Source of the DNA: Allocoleopsis franciscana PCC 7113 | GTDB taxonomy: Bacteria; Cyanobacteriota; Cyanobacteriia; Cyanobacteriales; Coleofasciculaceae | NCBI RefSeq assembly: GCF_000317515.1 | Contig: NC_019738.1 | Location: forward strand, 1,937,623 to 2,001,622 | DNA length: 64,000 nt | Direction: 5' to 3' | Shown here: positions 57,463-64,000 of the stretch, one piece after another | Layout: each line of letters opens with the position of its first letter | Numbering within the stretch: the stretch's first letter is position 1 | Notes under the pieces: model-generated | What the model saw: the letters and a program-made list of their open reading frames with translations, nothing else | Database searches by the model: none | What the model was told of the DNA's origin: nothing | Made by a program: the position numbers and the translations under genes

Positions 57463-58443
57463 ATGAGGATCAAAGCAACCCAAGGAAAGCAGGGAAGCGG
57501 AGCGGAAGGGAAAGACGCAACTTACGTCGAGGCTGCCGGGTGGGGGAAGTATCGGTGGTGGCGGTATGTTCTGGGATTAGTCATCATCTTCTTTGTGGGG
57601 CTGGTGGTCGGCGGCATCGCCATCCCCCGCATCGCGTTCCTGTTTGGCGGTCAGGAGGCGCTTGCGGCGGTCAATCGGCTGGATTACGCTGCGCTCGGTC
57701 TCGTGGGGGGCTTCGTTGCGTTCAGGGCGAGTTTTCTGTTCTTCCTCGCGGGAATCCTGATCGCCGTCACCCTCATTCACCAGCGTCATCCCCGGACGCT
57801 GGTCACAGCGCGGGAAAAGATTAGCTGGCGGCGTGTCGGTCAGGGGTTTGTGGCGTGGTTCGTGCCAGTCTGGCTGATCGCTGGGCTGGGACAGTACTTC
57901 TTGTATCCCGACACCTTCTCTTTTAACTTTGACCTCACAACGTTCGCGCTCTTCGTGCCGATCGCACTGATTTTCGTTGCGATCCAGACCACCACAGAGG
58001 AGCTTTTCTTTCGCGGCTACATTGTGCAGGGTGCGAGTATTGTTTGGTCTAACCGCGTGTTTCTGGCGCTGGTGCCAGCCACGATCTTCGCCCTATCGCA
58101 CCTGCTCAACCCGGAGGCAAGTGCGGGCGGTTGGCTCACGGTATTCTTCAACTACTTCCTCGTTCCCGGTCTGGTGTGGACCGTGGTTTCGTTGATTGAC
58201 GGAACCACCGAACTCGCCATCGGCGTACACTTCGCGAACAACATCGGCGGCAATCTCTTGATGGGCGTAGCCGGAAGCGCCGTAGCCGGAAGCGCCGTGA
58301 CCGCGCCGACTCTATTCACAGTCAGCAAGTTCCACGCGACCTACACGGCGCTATCGATGCTGATTGTCGTACCCGTGTTTCTGGCGATCGCCTACGGGGT
58401 GTTCAAGCAGGAGTCGCCCCAATCCGTTTCTCAGAGCCACTAG
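57463..58443 (+). CDS. CPBP-family (CAAX protease/Abi) intramembrane metalloprotease, GC-rich gene
   Basis: Motif 1 EELFFRGY, motif 2 FALSHL, motif 3 HFANN. Multiple TM helices. GC content is visibly far above the window average. Confidence 0.8.
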   Translation: MRIKATQGKQGSGAEGKDATYVEAAGWGKYRWWRYVLGLVIIFFVGLVVGGIAIPRIAFLFGGQEALAAVNRLDYAALGLVGGFVAFRASFLFFLAGILIAVTLIHQRHPRTLVTAREKISWRRVGQGFVAWFVPVWLIAGLGQYFLYPDTFSFNFDLTTFALFVPIALIFVAIQTTTEELFFRGYIVQGASIVWSNRVFLALVPATIFALSHLLNPEASAGGWLTVFFNYFLVPGLVWTVVSLIDGTTELAIGVHFANNIGGNLLMGVAGSAVAGSAVTAPTLFTVSKFHATYTALSMLIVVPVFLAIAYGVFKQESPQSVSQSH

Positions 58444-58516
58444 AAGGGTCGTTGGTGACCCCGGCAAATCCCGAACCCATCAGCAACTGAAGTCAGCAAC
58501 CCGATAAAAGGAGTCA

Positions 58517-58961
58517 ATGATCATGCCTCGTGTTTCTTCAAATCACCTGCGGGAGTCGGGAAAGCCCCCTTCCGCATCCTCGGCTCGGTCTAGCAAAACC
58601 TCCCGTCCGGGCTGGCCCGAGATTATTGTCGGACTCGTTGTCTATTTAATTGTAGGGTTCGGAGGCGTCTCGCTGTTCAAGCAACTCGGTCTTCTCACCC
58701 CTTGGCGAGGAGCTGCTCTACCGAGGCATCGTCACCAACGCCCTGCTGCGCTACGGTCCGTTCGCTGGGGTCGTGGGTAGCACTGTGATCTTTGCCCTCA
58801 TGCATGGGATCAACAGCATCTTTCCCGCTGCTGTGGTGGCTGGTCTTGCCACCGCCGAGGTCTTCCGTCGCAGTGGATCGATCTGGCCGGGTCTCGTCGT
58901 CCACTTCGTTTTCAACCTGCCCTCGTTCCTGCTGATGGTGCTGTTCACCAGCACGGGCTAA
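58517..58961 (+). pseudogene. Second CPBP-family protease, frameshifted (N-terminal TM part in frame 2, catalytic part in frame 0)
   Basis: Frame 0 of 58683-58961 gives GEELLYRGIVTNALL...IFALMHG...HFVFN (motifs 1-3) but has no start codon after the TAG at 58653. Frame 2 from 58517 gives the TM helix, then runs on to a stop at 58778-58780. Confidence 0.6.
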
Positions 58962-58989
58962 TAGGACAGATCATCTGGAGATTAAACCA

Positions 58990-59781
58990 ATGGTAATTCT
59001 GAAACAATTTGGGATTTTATTTGTATTGGGCAGTGTCGGAATTGTCATGTTCACGATCACGTCTATTCCTTTAATCGAGCAACAGTTAGCGAAACTGTCT
59101 CCAGAAAGACTGGAAAAAGTACCTCCATTGTGGACTTTAATGCTTCTGCAAGGACTACAGTATTCAGTTCTACTGGCAATCAGCATTCTAATCGGCATTG
59201 GTTGTGCCTATCGCGTTGGATTAAACTCCCATTTGATTGATCATTGGGTGTTTCATACCACTAAGTCTCCATCTTTTGCTATCGAGATAAAGTGGAGTTT
59301 GGGTGTGGGTGCAGCGGCGGCGATCGTTCTCCTGTTGCTCGATCGGTTGATGCAACCTGCTCTACCTGAAGCGCTACGGGCAGCCAATAATCCAGAGCCA
59401 AGTGGGTTGAATTTGCTTACAGCAATGTCCTATGGCGGCATCACTGAGGAAATTCTGCTGCGTTGGGGTTTAATGTCGCTGCTTGTTTGGATCGTGTGGA
59501 AAGTTCTAAAACAAGGCGTTACGTTGCCCAGTCAAGGGATTTACCAGGGTGCGATCGTTCTAGCCGCGTTGGTATTTGGACTACTACACCTGCCAGCGAC
59601 TGCTGCGATCGTTCCCCTCACGACCGTTGTGATTATTCGAGCATTGTTACTGAATGGAATTGCGGGAATTGCGTTTGGCTGGCTCTTTTGGCAATACTCG
59701 CTAGAAGCTGCAATGTTAGCCCACATCAGCGTTCATGCTTTTACCTTTGTTCTTAACGGTTTACTGGCAAGGTTGGTTTAA
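58990..59781 (+). CDS. Third CPBP-family (Abi) intramembrane protease
   Basis: TEEILLRWG, FGLLHL and HISVHAF...LNG motifs. 6-7 TM helices. Confidence 0.7.
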   Translation: MVILKQFGILFVLGSVGIVMFTITSIPLIEQQLAKLSPERLEKVPPLWTLMLLQGLQYSVLLAISILIGIGCAYRVGLNSHLIDHWVFHTTKSPSFAIEIKWSLGVGAAAAIVLLLLDRLMQPALPEALRAANNPEPSGLNLLTAMSYGGITEEILLRWGLMSLLVWIVWKVLKQGVTLPSQGIYQGAIVLAALVFGLLHLPATAAIVPLTTVVIIRALLLNGIAGIAFGWLFWQYSLEAAMLAHISVHAFTFVLNGLLARLV

Positions 59782-59897
59782 GTTTTGGAATAGATCTCGT
59801 AGGGCTATCACTGCCCATAAAGCTTTACTGTGAAAGGTTTTAAAGATGGTGGGCGATGCCCACTACTTGAATTGATGCTCAACTCTACAGTTTTAAG

Positions 59898-60197
59898 GTG
59901 GTCAATCACATGATTCAATGCAAAGATTTTGCGCCTCGAATTACTGAACGGGGACCCTTCGGCGGACCTTCCGAGTATGAATCTTTTTCTGAGGTTGTGA
60001 GTGCTGTCAATCAGTGGATCGAAAGTACAACGATACAGGTAATCAATGTTGAAACCGTTGTTTTACCTGATCGGATTGAAGGCACCAGTGATGATGTCTA
60101 CGGAGTGACGACCAGTAATGCTTTCCACCCAGTGATGATCAGTCAGGGGCTTGCAATCAAATGCTTTCAATGTGTGCGTGTTTGGTACAGAGAATAA
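59898..60197 (+). CDS. Hypothetical protein
   Basis: ORF only. Confidence 0.3.
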   Translation: MVNHMIQCKDFAPRITERGPFGGPSEYESFSEVVSAVNQWIESTTIQVINVETVVLPDRIEGTSDDVYGVTTSNAFHPVMISQGLAIKCFQCVRVWYRE

Positions 60198-60217
60198 GCT
60201 TCACCAGAGAAGAAAGA

Positions 60218-60589
60218 ATGAAACGATCTACCTTGTTTACTTTCCTGTACCTCGCGCTGGGAGTCTGTCTGACGGCGATCGCGTTTGGATACCCAAACCT
60301 ACCTTCGGGCCTTCAAACTAGCCTGTTGATCAGTGCAGGAGTGTCCTACATCGCTTGTATTTTCAATCCATCTTGGCGGGAGAGGACAATCCGCTTCTAT
60401 CGCAGCCGCAATTCATCGGTAATCCTATCCTCGTTGGTGATTGGATTCACTATTATTTGGATAATTTGGGAGGTTCAAAGTCAGAACTGGACGATGGAAG
60501 CTATTTTACGAGCGTTTTCGCGGCTAATCGTTGTTTTACTGTTTGCTGAAAATATTGTGATTATAAGGCAAGTGAATCCTGAAAATTAG
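60218..60589 (+). CDS. Hypothetical small membrane protein (3-4 TM)
   Basis: MKRSTLFTFLYLALGVCLTAIAFG... is hydrophobic. GAAAGAA precedes the ATG. Confidence 0.4.
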   Translation: MKRSTLFTFLYLALGVCLTAIAFGYPNLPSGLQTSLLISAGVSYIACIFNPSWRERTIRFYRSRNSSVILSSLVIGFTIIWIIWEVQSQNWTMEAILRAFSRLIVVLLFAENIVIIRQVNPEN

Positions 60590-60634
60590 GGATGACAATC
60601 TGCAAATTTCTGAATCGCTCGATTCATCGTTCTG

Positions 60635-61153
60635 TTGATGAAAACCGCTTTCACAGAGGTTGAACCGAATAGTACAGATATCGAGTTGAAGTGCAACACT
60701 GGGATGAGCATTATGGTGCAGCATGAATGGCAAGATGAAACACGACAATTGGCGATCGCACCTCGCCTGTGGCTCTGGTGGACATTGGCGACTACAATTT
60801 TTAATATCGGTCATGCCATTGAATTGACAAACTTTAGTATCTCTGAAGTTCAGCCTTTAGCTGTGGGATTGGAGAGAATTGCCAGCAACCCAATAGCGGT
60901 GCTGCAAGCGGTATTGGACTGGACAGGGGGGCAGCCGTTTCTGACTCAAAAAGTCTTTCAACTGATTCAGAAGGCTTCTGAACCAATTCCCGCAGGAGGA
61001 GAAGCGCAGTGGGTCGAGACTTTAGTGCAAAAACAGGCGATCAACAACTGGGAAACCTCCGATGATCCAGAGCATCTGAGGACAATTCGCGATCGCCTTT
61101 GCCGATGCCGTTCCGGCGATCGCATCCTCAATTCGTTGAAGTTGGGCACTTAA
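60635..61153 (+). pseudogene. Fragment of an AAA-like-domain (pfam14516-type) NTPase-associated protein
   Basis: AVLQAVLDWTGGQPFLTQKVFQLI matches the conserved ...L.WTGGQPFLTQ.LC.L segment found after AAA-like domains in cyanobacterial STAND proteins. There is no ATPase core upstream. Confidence 0.45.
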
Positions 61154-61396
61154 GCACCGGGGTACAAAGCAGCACGGAAGGCGTTAGACGACTTCATAAG
61201 TAAAAATGCTTAAGTGACTCCACACATCCTGTTTATGTCCTAAATAGGTTTCATTTAGGCCCTAGTAGCTGCTCGGTATAAGACACGTTTAGACCTCAAA
61301 TAGGACTCTTTTAGGGGTAGACACAGAATGGCTATTCCAGTCCCCGGTGGCGGCAATATTATCGTTCCACTGACAGTGTGGAAGCAAGCCTTGGCT

Positions 61397-62182
61397 CTAC
61401 CTCAATGGGTCTACCTCACAGATCAGTTGGTGCAGGTCTTGGGAAAGGAGTTTTAGCAGGAGTGACTGAGCGGAGTGTAGGAAGAAGTGATTGCCAGGAA
61501 GCATATGTAGTGAGAACGCTATATTTGTCTGCTCTTGCCAAGCTTTTAACTCGTCGTAGCTCACCTCTCGATCCTGCAACCCCCCAAAAGCAGTAATAGG
61601 ACAATCTAGCGGTGGCTCGGCAGTATAAGCATAAGTTTCGACAACAGTAAAGTCTGCACGTAGGGTAGGAAGGAGTAGTTGCATCAGTTCAGCATTTTCT
61701 AACACCGCTTGAGGGGTACCCTCAAGGTCGCGTAGTTCCTCCAGGAATTCGGGTTCTGGCAGGTTGTGGATCGGTGGGTCTGGATCGGGAAGTTGAGGGG
61801 CACGATGACCGGAGACATACAGCTGAACTGGATTCAAGTTGTAGTTTCTGCGGAGTAGGCGGGTCAATTCAAAGCTAACCAGTCCACCCATGCTGTGTCC
61901 AAAGAAGGCAAATGGCTTGTCTAAACGGGGAAGGAGGGCATCGGCGATCGCTTGAACCAAGGGATCGAGATTCGTAAACGCAGCCTCTGTCAACCGGAAT
62001 CCCCGTCCGGGTAATTCAACAGAGCAAACCTCAACAGATGACGGTAAATTATCTGACCAAGTGCGAAAACTCCATGCTCCTCCACCAGCATAGTGAAAGC
62101 AGAAGAGTCGCAGCTTTGCTTGAGCATTGGGTTGAGGACAGATAACCCATGACTTTGAGGTTTGTGCTGTTGTCATTGTCAA
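61397..62182 (-). CDS. Type II thioesterase (alpha/beta hydrolase, NRPS/PKS editing type)
   Basis: FCFHYAGGGAWSF...ELPGRG...FFGHSMGG (GxSxG) fits the Thioesterase (PF00975) pattern. 261 aa. Confidence 0.75.
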   Translation of the reverse strand: MTMTTAQTSKSWVICPQPNAQAKLRLFCFHYAGGGAWSFRTWSDNLPSSVEVCSVELPGRGFRLTEAAFTNLDPLVQAIADALLPRLDKPFAFFGHSMGGLVSFELTRLLRRNYNLNPVQLYVSGHRAPQLPDPDPPIHNLPEPEFLEELRDLEGTPQAVLENAELMQLLLPTLRADFTVVETYAYTAEPPLDCPITAFGGLQDREVSYDELKAWQEQTNIAFSLHMLPGNHFFLHSAQSLLLKLLSQDLHQLICEVDPLR

Positions 62183-62207
62183 CTATCAATAAAATAGTTT
62201 CTATAAA

Positions 62208-63572
62208 TTAGCAAGGTTTGGAAGAATGATTTTTTTTAAATTCTATCCAAGTCAACAAAGAAATTATCACAAAAGCCAGTGTATCTACAAACGGAAAACC
62301 ATAGTAAATTCCATTAACTCCAAAAAATATTGGTAAAATCAAAAATATTGGTAAAAATAAAACTAATTGTCTTAACAGGGTAATAAATCCTGCCATTTTA
62401 CCATTACCTATAGACTGAAACAAGGCAATACTACAGGATATAAAAGAAGCAAATGGTAGGAAAAAAACAACCAGGCGAAAGTTTAGTAAATCATTATAAG
62501 TAAAAGCAAAATTTGGTATTAACCAGCTAAGAAATATTTTGGGATCTAATTGTAAAGGTAGCCAGATTAGAATTAAAAAAATGGTTCCTCCTATTCCAAA
62601 AATTAAGTAGGCATCCTTGATTCTTTTATAGTCTCTAGCTCCATAATTCATACCAATTACTGGATTTAGGGCTTGCACAAATCCATATAAAGGAGTGATT
62701 ACCAAGGAATATAAGCTAATCGTTGCTCCCGCGAAAGCAATATCACTATCCGTTCCATAGTAAGCGATTGATTTAAAAAACACGATTTGTTGAACTATGC
62801 CTATGACTTGCATGAGCATTACTGATGTCCCTACTGATAGTATTGTTGGTAGTAAATCTACTGCAAGAGTAATTTGTTTGGGATTAACCGAAATCAAACT
62901 TTTACCGGAAATAAAGTATGTACAATTTACAAAACAATAAACTACACCTGAGATAACTGTAGCCCAAGCAATTCCTTTAATTCCCAAATTAAATACACTC
63001 ACAAAGAGAGGATTTAAAATATTATTAAGCACAACATAAATTCCAGCAAATAAGCTCGCTAGTGCAATTCTACCTTCAGCTTTTATTAACTGACTAGAAG
63101 AGACGGCTACGACCAAAAATACTGACCCCAACAGATAGGTTTTAAAGTACTCTGAACCATAGGCAGCTACTTCACCTTCTCCTCCCATAAAGGAAATTAA
63201 TTCATCACTAAAACTGTATCCAAAAATAGTGATAAAAGAAGAAATAATGACACTTATAATTATCAAGGTACCAAATATTCTTGACTGAGTTTTGGTATCT
63301 CCTGAACCAATGGCTCGACTGAGGATTGAGGCAGAACCGACTCCGACGGACATGCCACATCCAATAACAATAAACGTGAGTGGCAAAGCAAGGGATATAG
63401 CGGCTAAGGCAGTTTCACCAATAAGTCGTCCGGCAAATAAAGCATCAAGAAAAGTATTCAAGGCAATTAGCAGCATTCCCAGAATACCGGGAGTTGATAA
63501 CTTGAACATCAGTTTAACGAGATTGCCATTGAGGATCTCATTGGTCAGTTGAGATTGTTTGTGGGAAGTCAT
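62208..63572 (-). CDS. MATE-family efflux transporter
   Basis: 454 aa, about 12 TM. The N-terminus LVKLMFKLSTPGILGMLLIALNTFLDALFAGRLIGETALAAISLALP is MatE-like. Very AT-rich. Confidence 0.75.
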   Translation of the reverse strand: MTSHKQSQLTNEILNGNLVKLMFKLSTPGILGMLLIALNTFLDALFAGRLIGETALAAISLALPLTFIVIGCGMSVGVGSASILSRAIGSGDTKTQSRIFGTLIIISVIISSFITIFGYSFSDELISFMGGEGEVAAYGSEYFKTYLLGSVFLVVAVSSSQLIKAEGRIALASLFAGIYVVLNNILNPLFVSVFNLGIKGIAWATVISGVVYCFVNCTYFISGKSLISVNPKQITLAVDLLPTILSVGTSVMLMQVIGIVQQIVFFKSIAYYGTDSDIAFAGATISLYSLVITPLYGFVQALNPVIGMNYGARDYKRIKDAYLIFGIGGTIFLILIWLPLQLDPKIFLSWLIPNFAFTYNDLLNFRLVVFFLPFASFISCSIALFQSIGNGKMAGFITLLRQLVLFLPIFLILPIFFGVNGIYYGFPFVDTLAFVIISLLTWIEFKKNHSSKPC

Positions 63573-63825
63573 TCTGAATGCTGAAGTATGAAGGATGTTA
63601 GCGCAGCGAGGTGATAGCCCCGGATTAAATTAACCGCCATTCCAAATGTAGGGACTTAAAATAAAGACGCACCAATTCGACTGCTCACTTGTACTGGCTC
63701 CCTCTCGCTTGGATATTTCTTTATCTTTATCATAGAGAAAGCTGGGGACTTGAAACGATTGCTTACAAGACTTTTCATCGTTCATGAGTATTTTTTATTA
63801 GTGATTGTTGAATTATCGATCGCTG

Positions 63826-64000
63826 TTAAATTGAACCAACAACCAATGGCTGAGACTGTCCTTGATGCTGACGCCGACCCTGCATGAGCATTTTCACGCC
63901 ACTAGCTGGGTAGCACATCAAACCCCCAAACTTCGGTTTCTCTGGTCGCTTGTCAACCAGTGCTAATTGATAGCGCGAAAGAATCGTCGCCAACACCAGC
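63826..64000 (-). CDS. 3' end of a gene continuing beyond the window; unknown product
   Basis: Open minus-strand frame ...LVLATILSRYQLALVDKRPEKPKFGGLMCYPASGVKMLMQGRRQHQGQSQPLVVGSI*, stop at 63826-63828. Confidence 0.4.
   Translation of the reverse strand, partial: LVLATILSRYQLALVDKRPEKPKFGGLMCYPASGVKMLMQGRRQHQGQSQPLVVGSI

Noticed and set aside
57540-58195. Several 70-95-aa ORFs on both strands (57540-57824 +, 57577-57789 -, 57977-58195 +) inside the first CPBP gene
   Set aside because: They overlap a well-supported CPBP protease frame. Long spurious ORFs in alternative frames are expected in GC-rich DNA. They have Arg/Gly/Pro-rich composition and no motifs.
1-64000. Search for CRISPR arrays
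   Set aside because: No regularly spaced direct repeats of 28-37 bp with unique spacers were seen. The repeat-rich regions are palindromic hairpins or heptamer arrays, not repeat-spacer units, and no cas-like ORFs are present.

Overview
This is a cyanobacterial chromosomal segment. The HIP1 octamer GCGATCGC is very dense throughout, and STRR-like heptanucleotide tandem repeats are present, which suggests a filamentous, Nostocales-type genome (inference). The coding strand is mixed and coding density is high.

Housekeeping and conserved genes, in order:
- partial OmpR-type regulator tail, DUF1830 protein, Rieske non-haem-iron oxygenase, TetR regulator
- arsenic resistance operon arsR / pstS-like binding protein / acr3 / arsC (minus strand)
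- thioredoxin-like 2Fe-2S ferredoxin, M48 protease
- hybrid REC-HK-REC kinase plus a CheY-like receiver, DUF4112 protein
- J-domain/pentapeptide-repeat protein, Crp/Fnr regulator, M61 aminopeptidase with PDZ domain
- glycosyltransferase-2 / DUF2064 pair, nadA, metallophosphoesterase
- FAD-dependent oxidoreductase, neutral invertase, thiE-thiS, DUF1517 protein
- PAS-kinase / OmpR-regulator / HAMP-kinase triplet
- cobM, zinc-ribbon protein, flavin reductase, MIF tautomerase, alpha/beta hydrolase

Accessory and unusual content:
1. An accessory island starts at tRNA-Ser(UGA) (20329-20413). It carries:
   - a family of C6-TTGGTAA-G6 palindromic hairpin repeats
   - an XRE-HTH gene with twin palindromic operators
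   - a DUF559 endonuclease-domain gene
   - a ParA (frameshifted in an A6 tract) / ParB-like pair
   - a 1.77-kb IS element with a U UUU UUA -1 frameshift site, 22-bp terminal inverted repeats and a 9-bp target duplication; a second copy lies at 44.4-46.2 kb
2. An overlapping Thg1-like 3'-5' polymerase / P-loop kinase pair, a candidate RNA 5'-end repair module.
3. A ~2240-aa Ser/Thr-kinase / AAA / GAF / PAS / histidine-kinase gene. Translated heptanucleotide tandem repeats sit in two inverted blocks inside it, and a 44-bp palindromic repeat insertion splits it into two reading frames.
4. A GC-rich, apparently horizontally acquired block of three tandem CPBP/Abi intramembrane protease genes (the middle one frameshifted), preceded by a secreted small protein.
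5. A type-II thioesterase, MATE exporter and partial gene at the window end, hinting at the edge of a secondary-metabolite cluster.

Several pseudogene fragments (NACHT/STAND, IS4-like transposase, AraC, AAA-like) mark decay in the accessory parts.
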